Of a stretch of 52,163 nt of DNA, positions 20,010 to 28,605 are shown in pieces (positions within the stretch are counted from its first letter, which is position 1; every line of letters starts with the position of its first letter). Source of the DNA: Candidatus Rifleibacteriota bacterium (GTDB lineage: Bacteria > Muiribacteriota > Ozemobacteria > Ozemobacterales > Ozemobacteraceae); NCBI GenBank assembly GCA_051747585.1, contig JBNJGH010000009.1:1-52163 (forward strand), written 5' to 3'. The notes beneath the pieces are model-generated. The model did not search any database and was not told the DNA's origin. It saw only the letters and a program-made list of their open reading frames with translations. The translations under genes were made by a program, and so were the position numbers.

Positions 20010-20146
20010 GAATTTTCCTCCAGAATTTCTTAATGAAGCTATTCTAAATTAGTGTGAGGTACATTACAACATTTGATTTTTGTTGTTTTACAAAGTTGCT
20101 GCGCTGTGGTACCCTTGCGCCAACTGAAGGGACTGGGAGATAAGGA

Positions 20147-20539
20147 ATGAGTATGAAAAGGGCGTTTATATTTGCGGTTTTATTGACATGCTGTTTGGGA
20201 TTTGCTGCTCCTCTTGCGGGGCAAACCCCTGGCACAGCCGGCGACCCTCTTGTTTCAAAGAGCTATCTTGACCATTTTTTCAGGTTCAAATCCTATGTTT
20301 TGAAAGAGAAGGAATTGCTCAGGCCTGAACCAGGAGCACTGATAATTGTCCGTTCCGGCGAAATCTCGATCGAAGGGCCTGAAGGTAAAACTGTAATTGA
20401 CCTGACACAGGGAAAAGAAATAAAAATGAGCAGTGTTTTGCCTTTGAATCATCTGATTATAATTCCAGATTCATCTGAATTCGTTTTCAAAACAAAGAAA
20501 CAAGCTATTATTCTGGCTTCCTGTCTCCAGGAAAAATAA
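20147..20539 (+). CDS. Secreted hypothetical protein (PGxxxDPLVSKSY motif)
   Basis: Signal peptide; PGTAGDPLVSKSYLD motif and DLTQG...NHLIIIP. Confidence 0.8.
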   Translation: MSMKRAFIFAVLLTCCLGFAAPLAGQTPGTAGDPLVSKSYLDHFFRFKSYVLKEKELLRPEPGALIIVRSGEISIEGPEGKTVIDLTQGKEIKMSSVLPLNHLIIIPDSSEFVFKTKKQAIILASCLQEK

Positions 20540-20548
20540 TTCGATTCA

Positions 20549-23500
20549 ATGAAGGATAAAAGCAAAAAAGCCAGTTTCTTACTTATTTTACTTCCCCTTC
20601 TCGTGCCGGGCCTGCTTGTTGCCGGTTGGCGATCCCTGTTTCGCCAAATGGCAGAGCAAAAAAATGTATTTGTCGAAACTGTAATTGATTTTGAAGAAAT
20701 GCGTCAGCTTTCACGAGATGAAGGCTGGAAACTCAAAGAGCTCTTTAAGGCCGTAAAAGATAACGGCGCTAGCTCGGTGGCAATATCTGAAGATACCCTT
20801 TCTTCGTTAGAATCAGAAGGAAGAATAACAGTCTTAAGCTCTGATGAAATCAGAAAGCTTTCCCTGGATGAAGGTCTGCAGCAGGGGTTACCCGCTGATT
20901 TTGTGACTCCCGGAGCTCTTTGGATTCATGCCCAGAAAGCCGGTCTTCTTGATAGAATTGAACAGCAGCTATCCTGGAGAATCAGTTCTAACAAGATGTA
21001 CCGATTGCATAGAAATTTTCTTGTAGTAAGCAAATCGAGCGAGGCCTTTAAGGAAATGGTCGGCCTTGGATTCAGCAAAAAATATTTTAATATGGCCGAA
21101 GATACCGGCCTCGGTATAGTAGCCAGAGTTTTTAATTATCCGGGTCTTACAGTTGCAACTGCAACAAAAATTGTAAACTCGATTCCCGAACCGGCCGAAA
21201 TTTCGGCATTACTCTTTGCTGACGAAGAAATGCTGGGCAATCGTGGTGAATTAAATAAAATTGTCAGGCTTTTTGAGAGTCGTTCTTATCGAATTGGCTG
21301 GATAGAATTCAATCGCCAGGAAGGAATAAATACTTATTTAAGTGAATTGTCACGATCGCGGCCGTTTGTGAGGGTTCATAGTATCAGTCGTAAAGAGATA
21401 GAGGAGATTTATGATCGAACAAGAGCTGTAGCCAGGTGGAAAAGGGCTGTTAAAGGTCGATCGATGAAAATGCTTTATATTCGGTGTTTCTTTCAAAATA
21501 AAGAAAAATACATAGAAGATTTGGTAAAGTTTAATCTCGATTACTTAAGTTCGATAGAAAAAGCTTTAAATCAAACTGGCTTTAAAATAGCCAAAAATCA
21601 GAATCAACGCCTGAATGACCCGCGTCATTTACTTGGGATTGTAAGTGTGCCCGAACTTCTGGCGATGGCAATTGCTTTGGCTTTAGGGCTGCCTTTGTTG
21701 GTTGGTTTTTCATTTCAGTCTCTGGCGGTAGAAAAATGGTATCTGCTTGCTGCCGGTATTGTTCTTGTCGCTTTTATTCTTATTTCACGCTCTTCCTTTG
21801 TTGCTTTGATCGGTTTGGTTGGAGCATTTTCTTACGCCTGCCTTGGTGTGATTATGTCTTTTCAATTTCTTAAGAAAAAAAGAAATGAGCTCGGTTTTTT
21901 CAATTACATTAAGTTTTTCCTGATTATGGTGTTACCAACCGTGGCTGGAGGAATCTTAATTGCCGGCCTGCATTCAGAAATCGAATATCTACTGAACTTC
22001 AAACAGTTTCGGGGTGTTAAGCTCGCTTTTGTACTGCCGGTTATCTGGACATTTTTCTGGTTTATAAAAGAAACAGGTTCAGATTTTTTCAAAGCTTTAA
22101 AGCGTCCTTTGACACCTCTTACCGCCACAGTAGGATTGATCGTTTTTTCGGGTTTGCTTCTTTATGTGCTACGCTCCGGCAACCTTAGCATCTTAAGGCC
22201 TTCAGCTATAGAAGATGGGTTTAGAACTTTTCTCGAAAACACCCTGGTAGCAAGACCGCGTTACAAAGAATTTATTGTCGGTTATCCTGCAGCGGTTCTT
22301 TTAATATTTGCTTATCTTCGTAGCTGGGTTTCATTGATTCCGGTTCTGGCAATTTTTGTTCAAATGGGCCAGGTTTCCGTATTAAATACCTTTTGTCACT
22401 TTCATTCCCCGATAGCGTTAGGGCTGTTGCGAACGTTTAATGGTATATGGCTGGGCTTGCTTGTCTCTTTGCCGGTATTGCTGCTTGCAGCAATTTTCTG
22501 GCTGTTTTCTCTTGCTGTCGGTGCCAAAGAAAAAAAAGTTGTTATTGCCGGTTATATTGGTTTTGCTAATTTCGGAGATGAAATGCTGTGGAAAGTTTTT
22601 TGTCGCCGACTAATTCAGCGTTTGCCTGATTATGAGCTGGCGCTTATTTCTGGTGACCGGCTAAAGATTCCAAAAGATCTAAGTTCTTGTGTGACTATGG
22701 TAAAGCGAAACAATAGATTTAAACTTATTGAAAATATTTTTTCTTCTTCTGCTCTAATTTTTCCGGGGGGCGGTATTTTACAGTCTTCAACCAGCATTGG
22801 CAGTTTATTTTATTATTCAATGTTTATTTTACTTGCCAAAATTGCCGGAACAAAAGTTCTCATGCCGGCTCAGGGAATTGGTCCCTGGGGTAATAATTTA
22901 AACCGCTATTCTGTTTTATTTTCTCTTCTTGGCAGGCTTATAAATTCCGTCGATTATCTTTCGGTGCGCGACAAATCTTCGGCGGAATTTCTCGCCCAAA
23001 TTTACGACAAAGAAGTTTTGCAGACTGCTGATCTGGTATTTCTTGGCACTGCCGGCCAGAATAATGTCAGAAATGCACCTGAAAAAAACCTTACTGCGGC
23101 TGTTGTTTTACGTTCTTCAGTTCAAGATTCTGAAAAAATTGCTGATATTTTCATAACAGCAGCCAGGGAAATCGAAAATTTAAAAATTATTCCGGTCTCT
23201 TTACAGCCGGGTGACGACAGGGTTTGGCTCAACAATGGCTGGGAAAAAGAGATTCGATGTGTTGAAGACTCAGATGAAGCGGAAAAAATGTTCAATAATT
23301 GCGACCTGGTCGTTTCTATGCGTCTTCATGGTTGTATAACTGCTACCCTTAAGGCGATTCCCTGGATAGGTCTGGCTTATGACCCAAAGGTTTCGGGTTT
23401 TGCCGACGCCTGTAAGTGGAAATTCTGTTATTCTCCCGATAAAATCGAGAGAAAAATGATTGAAGATAAGCTGAATCTGCTGGCTGTTCGCAAGGTTAAC

Positions 23501-23593
23501 TATTCTGAAAAGTTAGCTCGCATAGCAAATGAATTCTCAAGAAAATCTGAGGCAGATTTTGAAACTGTTGTAAGTGAAATAGAAGGTTCGTAA
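20549..23593 (+). CDS. csaB: DUF5693-family membrane protein fused to CsaB-type polysaccharide pyruvyl transferase
   Basis: N-part has VRVHSI, QFRGVKL, RPRYKEF.VGYP and S.LNTFCHFHSP (DUF5693-like). C-part has GYIGFANFGDE, GGGILQ, AQGIGP, SVRD, SMRLHG and YDPKV (CsaB). Confidence 0.88.
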   Translation: MKDKSKKASFLLILLPLLVPGLLVAGWRSLFRQMAEQKNVFVETVIDFEEMRQLSRDEGWKLKELFKAVKDNGASSVAISEDTLSSLESEGRITVLSSDEIRKLSLDEGLQQGLPADFVTPGALWIHAQKAGLLDRIEQQLSWRISSNKMYRLHRNFLVVSKSSEAFKEMVGLGFSKKYFNMAEDTGLGIVARVFNYPGLTVATATKIVNSIPEPAEISALLFADEEMLGNRGELNKIVRLFESRSYRIGWIEFNRQEGINTYLSELSRSRPFVRVHSISRKEIEEIYDRTRAVARWKRAVKGRSMKMLYIRCFFQNKEKYIEDLVKFNLDYLSSIEKALNQTGFKIAKNQNQRLNDPRHLLGIVSVPELLAMAIALALGLPLLVGFSFQSLAVEKWYLLAAGIVLVAFILISRSSFVALIGLVGAFSYACLGVIMSFQFLKKKRNELGFFNYIKFFLIMVLPTVAGGILIAGLHSEIEYLLNFKQFRGVKLAFVLPVIWTFFWFIKETGSDFFKALKRPLTPLTATVGLIVFSGLLLYVLRSGNLSILRPSAIEDGFRTFLENTLVARPRYKEFIVGYPAAVLLIFAYLRSWVSLIPVLAIFVQMGQVSVLNTFCHFHSPIALGLLRTFNGIWLGLLVSLPVLLLAAIFWLFSLAVGAKEKKVVIAGYIGFANFGDEMLWKVFCRRLIQRLPDYELALISGDRLKIPKDLSSCVTMVKRNNRFKLIENIFSSSALIFPGGGILQSSTSIGSLFYYSMFILLAKIAGTKVLMPAQGIGPWGNNLNRYSVLFSLLGRLINSVDYLSVRDKSSAEFLAQIYDKEVLQTADLVFLGTAGQNNVRNAPEKNLTAAVVLRSSVQDSEKIADIFITAAREIENLKIIPVSLQPGDDRVWLNNGWEKEIRCVEDSDEAEKMFNNCDLVVSMRLHGCITATLKAIPWIGLAYDPKVSGFADACKWKFCYSPDKIERKMIEDKLNLLAVRKVNYSEKLARIANEFSRKSEADFETVVSEIEGS

Positions 23594-23615
23594 TTCAATT
23601 TTTTATAGCAAAAAG

Positions 23616-23649
23616 AAAGCCGCCGCAATTTAAATTGCGGCGGCTTTTT
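23616..23649. terminator. Bidirectional intrinsic terminator
   Basis: Perfect 32-bp palindrome AAAGCCGCCGCAATTTAAATTGCGGCGGCTTT flanked by A- and T-tracts between convergent genes. Confidence 0.9.
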
Positions 23650-23669
23650 ATTACTTTAATTAATTGAAA

Positions 23670-25112
23670 TTAATAGCGATAATGGTTTGGTTTGTAAGGT
23701 CCTTCTTTTGGTACTCCAATATAATCAGCCTGTTCATCGGTGAGTGGAGTCAGCTTGACACCTATTTTTTCAAGATGCAGGCGTGCAACTTCTTCATCAA
23801 GCTTTTTGGATAGAGTATAAACATTTGTTTCTCTTGGGTTTGTCCAGAGATCGATTTGAGCGAGTGTCTGGTTAGAGAATGAATTGCTCATTACAAAACT
23901 TGGATGACCGGTAGCACAACCAAGATTAACCAGTCTGCCTTCAGCCAGCATGTAAATGCAGTGCCCATCTTTATAGGTGAATTTATCAACCTGGGGTTTA
24001 ATATTCAGCTTTTCAATTTCCGGCCAGTTTTCAATTTTTGACATCTGAATTTCATTATCAAAATGCCCAATATTGCAGACAATAGCTTGATCTTTCATCT
24101 TAGAACAATGTTCTGCGGTTATTACATCTTTATTGCCTGTTGTAGTTACGTAGATGTCACCGGCGCCAAGTGTGTCTTCTACGGTTTTAACTTCGAACCC
24201 TTCCATAGCAGCCTGCAGGGCGCAAATAGGATCGATTTCAGTTACGATTACTCTGGCGCCGAAATTTCTCAGGCTTTGAGCACATCCTTTTCCTACATCG
24301 CCATATCCGCATACAACAGCAACTTTACCTGCGACCATAACATCGGTAGCACGTTTTATTCCGTCTGCGAGACTTTCACGACATCCGTAAAGATTGTCGA
24401 ATTTCGATTTGGTTACTGAATCGTTTACATTTATAGCGGGGAAAAGAAGGGTCTTGTTTTCCATCATTTTATAAAGGCGATGAACACCGGTAGTGGTTTC
24501 TTCGCTTACGCCTTTGATTTGAGCAGCAAATTTAGTCCATTTTCCGGGCTCTGAGGTAAGGGTTTCTTTTAGAACCCTCATTAGTTCGGCTTCGTCTTCG
24601 CCACCTGGAGTTTTGTCAAGAACTGTTGGGTCTTTTTCTGCCTGGCAGCCTACGTGTACCATAAGTGTAGCATCGCCACCATCATCTACAATAAGGTCAG
24701 GACCATTTCCATCCGGCCAGGTCAATGCTTCTTTTGTGCACCACCAATATTCTTTAAGAGTTTCGCCTTTCCAGGCAAAAACCGGAACACCACTCTTTGC
24801 CATTGCGGCAGCAGCATGATCCTGGGTAGAGAAAATATTACAGCTGGCCCATCTGACGTCAGCGCCAAGCTCAATGAGAGTTTCAATAAGCACTGCTGTT
24901 TGAACCGTCATGTGCAGAGAGCCCATGATTTTAGCGCCTTTTAAAGGTTTTTTTGAGGCATATTTGTTACGAATTGCCATAAGACCGGGCATTTCATGTT
25001 CTGCGATTTCAATTTCTTTTCGTCCGTGTTGCCAAAGATCGATATCTTTGATTTTGTATGCTGGTCTATCAGTAGTTTTCATGGGTTCTTTCTCCATGGC
25101 AGTCTGGGTCAT
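23670..25112 (-). CDS. ahcY: Adenosylhomocysteinase
   Basis: [58 protein letters not shown] and [10 protein letters not shown]. Confidence 0.99.
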   Translation of the reverse strand: MTQTAMEKEPMKTTDRPAYKIKDIDLWQHGRKEIEIAEHEMPGLMAIRNKYASKKPLKGAKIMGSLHMTVQTAVLIETLIELGADVRWASCNIFSTQDHAAAAMAKSGVPVFAWKGETLKEYWWCTKEALTWPDGNGPDLIVDDGGDATLMVHVGCQAEKDPTVLDKTPGGEDEAELMRVLKETLTSEPGKWTKFAAQIKGVSEETTTGVHRLYKMMENKTLLFPAINVNDSVTKSKFDNLYGCRESLADGIKRATDVMVAGKVAVVCGYGDVGKGCAQSLRNFGARVIVTEIDPICALQAAMEGFEVKTVEDTLGAGDIYVTTTGNKDVITAEHCSKMKDQAIVCNIGHFDNEIQMSKIENWPEIEKLNIKPQVDKFTYKDGHCIYMLAEGRLVNLGCATGHPSFVMSNSFSNQTLAQIDLWTNPRETNVYTLSKKLDEEVARLHLEKIGVKLTPLTDEQADYIGVPKEGPYKPNHYRY

Positions 25113-25158
25113 AATAAATCTCCTTGTTTTCCCGGGTGGGACTTAAAATCAGACTATA

Positions 25159-25187
25159 ATTATCTCATCCCGCGCCCAAAAAGTCAA
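25159..25187 (-). promoter_or_regulatory. Putative sigma70 promoter of ahcY
   Basis: Minus strand TTGACT-N17-GATAAT. Confidence 0.55.
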
Positions 25188-25204
25188 ACCGCCGCCGGGC
25201 AGTC

Positions 25205-25503
25205 AGCAATTCTCGGTCAGCGACCATCAACTCGTTTAAGAAAAAGAACATTTCTCACACTAAGCCTCAAAGCCACAAAGAAAATAACCACAGAGTTCAC
25301 AGAGCAGCACAGAGAATCTTTTTCAGCCTTGTTCCCGGCATAAACAAGCTCTAAGAAAAGCACCAGTGTTTTTCTTAGAGCTTGCTTATGCCGGGAAAGC
25401 CGGCGACAAAAAGTCGCTGGCTGATTGTCCCCCGGACAATCCACGGCTGAAAAAGATAAAAAAATCCACTCGGTGGCCTCGGTGATCTCGGTGGTTTAAA
25501 TTC
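25205..25503. repeat. Structured non-coding repeat (MITE/REPIN-like), copy 1
   Basis: Leader, (CACAGAG)x3 arm, 13-bp IR at 25316-25328 and 25445-25457, hairpins at 25332-25397, 25398-25422 and 25423-25441, then (CTCGGTG)x3 arm. Homologous to 47734-48030 and 50961-51212. Confidence 0.93.
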
Positions 25504-25622
25504 TATATTTGACAGAAAGAAATAAGAACAAAACTGGTTTGGGACCCATCCGATAAAGCCTGGCTGAAAATTGCTGAACCGCAGCCAGGGAAGAAGGTAC
25601 ATCAAGTTAGATCATAAAATTA

Positions 25623-25651
25623 TTGGTCTTTTAAAATGGTTGAGCTATACT
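25623..25651 (+). promoter_or_regulatory. Putative sigma70 promoter for the HEAT protein at 25684
   Basis: TTGGTC-N17-TATACT. Confidence 0.4.
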
Positions 25652-25683
25652 GATAGAAATTAGCAGAGCAGCGTTAACTTTTT

Positions 25684-28557
25684 ATGTACGATATATACGA
25701 AGATACGAATTTACCTGAAAAACTTGATTTAAATGCCTGGATTCAGTTTTGCCTTAATTCTTCGAGTGTGGTTGACCGCCAGATTGCTCTTGAAGAACTT
25801 GTAGCTACCGGAATTCCACCTTATCTGGTTGCCAGAATCCGGGAAATTGCTGCCCAGGATGAATCGGAATCCTGTCGTGAGCTGGCAGCCTGGGTTGTTA
25901 AAGTTGATCGGGCCCGCAGCGATTTAAAGCCAAGAATGCGTAAACTTGAGTTAAGCCCGGTGAATATTTTGATGCTGCTGGAAGAGTCTGAAAATGCGGG
26001 CGCAACCGTAATTACCCAACTACTGAGAAAAGCTCCGGCAAAAGAGATTCTTAAACTTTGGCGCAGTGGATTGCCCACAGAGCAAAATCCCAGATTAATC
26101 GAAGTGGGTCTTACTGTTCTGGCAAAATTTGGAAATGCAGAAGATACCGAACTGGTGCTTGAATTTTTAAAACATGATGACGTTCAGGTTCAATGCGCAG
26201 CTCTGACTTTTCTGCAGGTACAAAATAGCGAAATTTTCAAAAAAATAGTTAGCCAGGGGCTTGCCTCTAACAAATTCAAATTACAGCTTCATTCTGTTCA
26301 CCTTTTGCGTACAGTCGATCCTGAAGAAACATTAAAATATATTCAGGCTTTTTTATTCAATAAAAATCCGATCATTCGGCAAAGGGCGCTTAGAGAGCTT
26401 ATGCTGTTGCCTTTTGAATTGGTGCAGAATCTTTTTTTGCAGTTTCTAAGTCGCGAAATGCAGCCCCTGCTTCTGGTAAAAGCAGGATTCGTTGTGGCTT
26501 TTAATCCTTCCCCTGATATTCCTTTGAAGGTTTACGATATTTTCCAGTTTACCCAGGGAGGCAAAAAACATATTCTTCAGTTAATTTTAAAACAGCTGGT
26601 AGCTTCTATTCAATCTTCTGGAGTGCTTGAGCAGTCTTTTGAAGAATATATGTCGTCGTTGAAAGAAAAGATAAGTCTAAAGCGATCAGAAATGATTATA
26701 AGGTGTGCCGTTCGAGATTTATCCAGTCCTGACAGAAATATGCGCATTTCAGCTCTGGAAAGACTGGCGCCTTATAACAATCATGAATCTATTCAAAAGG
26801 TTTTGCAAAAGTTTTACGCATCAGAAAAAGATGAAGAAATAAAAGGTCTTCTGGCAAATTTACTGCAAAAAGACGGGCAACAGGAGAAAATCAGTTTTTC
26901 TTTGCCTGAGAGTGTCGAAGATTTTCTTGAATTAAAAGTCAAGCAACAACGTGAATTGCTGAGACACGTAAATTCAAGCGCAATGTGGCATGAATACAGA
27001 CCTTTTCTTCATGAGCTTCTGCAATATCCGATGAAAAAGCGAATATTGCTTGAGCTTTTAAACCTTTTTGGTAAGTTTGGTTCAAAAATCGATTCTCCGG
27101 CCATTACACCTTTTTTGAAGAGCGACGATCCTTCCGTGACAGCTGCGGCAGTTAAAAACCTTGGTTTGATTGATATAGATGTGGTACTGCCGAACCTAAA
27201 TCAATTTCTGGCTGACGATGATCCACGCATAAAAGCAGCGGCCCTTGAAGTCTATGTTAAGGCCGACAAAGAAGGTGCTCTGCAATACTTGTCCTCAATC
27301 CTTAAATCAACGGTTTCAGCTACTCGCAGAATTGGGCTTTCTTTGTTGCCGCAAATTGATTATCCAAGTGCAGAGCCATTATTGTGGAATTTTTTGAAAT
27401 ATGAAGGTGTTGCCGAACTTAAAATTCAGGCGGCCTATATGGTGGCATCGAATCCGACTCAGGAAGGCTTATATAAGCTGTTTGCAGTGTCTCACAAAAA
27501 AGATGGTGAAATTAAGAAGGGCTACGAAGAGCTCTGGGAAGTAGCACTTATTTCTGCAAAAGAATTGTTCGAGCTTTCACCTGAAGACATAGAAAAAAAA
27601 TGCTGGGAAGTTTTTAAAGCGGACCAGGAAGAAACTCAGGTTGAAAAACCGGGCTATTCTTATAGCGAGGTCATTGGTAATCAAGAAGAAGACCAGAGCA
27701 ATGCCGAAAAAGAGGTTGAATTTTCTGAACAACTTTTTATTCATTTAAATGAATTTAAACAGCTTTATATCGCAGGGGCGGCAATTATTATTCTGTTTGT
27801 AATTTTTGTGATGTCAGACAGTTCTGGAGAAAAGACCAGCTATAAAAATTACAAAAAGAAGACTGATGAGGTTAAAGGTGCCGATTTTGTGAGGTCGGAA
27901 GAAGATGTTACTACCCAATTTGGCGGTCCCAACTGGGATGGTACTCTTAAGTCCAACGCTGTAGATATTTTATCCGGGGGGAATTATTCCCGAGCAATAG
28001 CCGAGGGTGACAGAGAGCTCAAAAACTTTCGTTCAGAAGTTAAGGCTCGCAGGCATCAGTTCCTTCTGGATATTTACAACAATCAAGGTCTGGACCCGAT
28101 GATGCGAATGTCGGCAGCAGCAAAACTAAATGATAATTTTACCGGTGGAGAAGACAATTTCAGGCAGGGAGATTATACCGCAGCTGAATATAATTTCACC
28201 AGAGTAATTGAAGACCCGCAGGCCAACGCTCTTGCCAAAGTTATGGCCTGTCAGTATCTGGCGCAGATTGCGCAAAAAAAAGGCCGAAAAGAAGACTTTA
28301 CCAGATGGATGGACAAGCTGGGAGAAGAATTGCAGAATATTTCCGAGATGAAAGGCTTCGAAAATCTCAAGAATTTTTCCAGCAATTTTACTCAGTTTCT
28401 TAATGTAAGTCGAGCGGCTGCTGATGATAGCAATTCAGACCAGATTTTAAAGTCTTTTACCGGCTCTGGTCTCACGCAGGGTGAGGCGCGAGAACGTCTG
28501 CAAGCTATTAAAGAAACACAAAATCAATTTGAGAGGCAGTTTGACGGACGACATTAA
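25684..28557 (+). CDS. Large HEAT-repeat protein with single TM helix and C-terminal TPR-like domain
   Basis: HEAT motifs (LKSDDPSVTAAAV, LADDDPRIKAAAL), TM segment YIAGAAIIILFVIFV, TPR-like GEDNFRQGDYTAAEYNF. Confidence 0.85.
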   Translation: MYDIYEDTNLPEKLDLNAWIQFCLNSSSVVDRQIALEELVATGIPPYLVARIREIAAQDESESCRELAAWVVKVDRARSDLKPRMRKLELSPVNILMLLEESENAGATVITQLLRKAPAKEILKLWRSGLPTEQNPRLIEVGLTVLAKFGNAEDTELVLEFLKHDDVQVQCAALTFLQVQNSEIFKKIVSQGLASNKFKLQLHSVHLLRTVDPEETLKYIQAFLFNKNPIIRQRALRELMLLPFELVQNLFLQFLSREMQPLLLVKAGFVVAFNPSPDIPLKVYDIFQFTQGGKKHILQLILKQLVASIQSSGVLEQSFEEYMSSLKEKISLKRSEMIIRCAVRDLSSPDRNMRISALERLAPYNNHESIQKVLQKFYASEKDEEIKGLLANLLQKDGQQEKISFSLPESVEDFLELKVKQQRELLRHVNSSAMWHEYRPFLHELLQYPMKKRILLELLNLFGKFGSKIDSPAITPFLKSDDPSVTAAAVKNLGLIDIDVVLPNLNQFLADDDPRIKAAALEVYVKADKEGALQYLSSILKSTVSATRRIGLSLLPQIDYPSAEPLLWNFLKYEGVAELKIQAAYMVASNPTQEGLYKLFAVSHKKDGEIKKGYEELWEVALISAKELFELSPEDIEKKCWEVFKADQEETQVEKPGYSYSEVIGNQEEDQSNAEKEVEFSEQLFIHLNEFKQLYIAGAAIIILFVIFVMSDSSGEKTSYKNYKKKTDEVKGADFVRSEEDVTTQFGGPNWDGTLKSNAVDILSGGNYSRAIAEGDRELKNFRSEVKARRHQFLLDIYNNQGLDPMMRMSAAAKLNDNFTGGEDNFRQGDYTAAEYNFTRVIEDPQANALAKVMACQYLAQIAQKKGRKEDFTRWMDKLGEELQNISEMKGFENLKNFSSNFTQFLNVSRAAADDSNSDQILKSFTGSGLTQGEARERLQAIKETQNQFERQFDGRH

Positions 28558-28605
28558 ATAATTTGTGCTATTATTAAAGTATATAGGTACATTCAGGGGA
28601 AAACT

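Noticed and set aside
25283..25500. Integron attC site interpretation (TAAC...GTT ends)
   Set aside because: The span of about 210 bp exceeds typical attC size, the RYYYAAC/GTTRRRY match is poor, copy 3 lacks the GTT, and no intI is present.
25113..25503. SAH or SAM riboswitch upstream of ahcY
   Set aside because: The structured DNA is a dispersed repeat also found next to unrelated genes, SAH-riboswitch consensus elements were not seen, and a predicted promoter at 25159-25187 leaves the repeat outside the 5' UTR.
24996..25605. Short ORFs across repeat copy 1 (and 47650-47987, 48085-48380, 49650-49934 across other repeats)
   Set aside because: They are translations of palindromic or repeat DNA (TTEFTE, TTERTE, RYRPRYP); reading frames are not conserved between copies and no RBS was seen.
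25531..25617. Possible gene remnant KLVWDPSDKAWLKIAEPQPGKKVHQVRS* after copy 1
   Set aside because: No start codon and no recognisable family; cannot be supported without a search.
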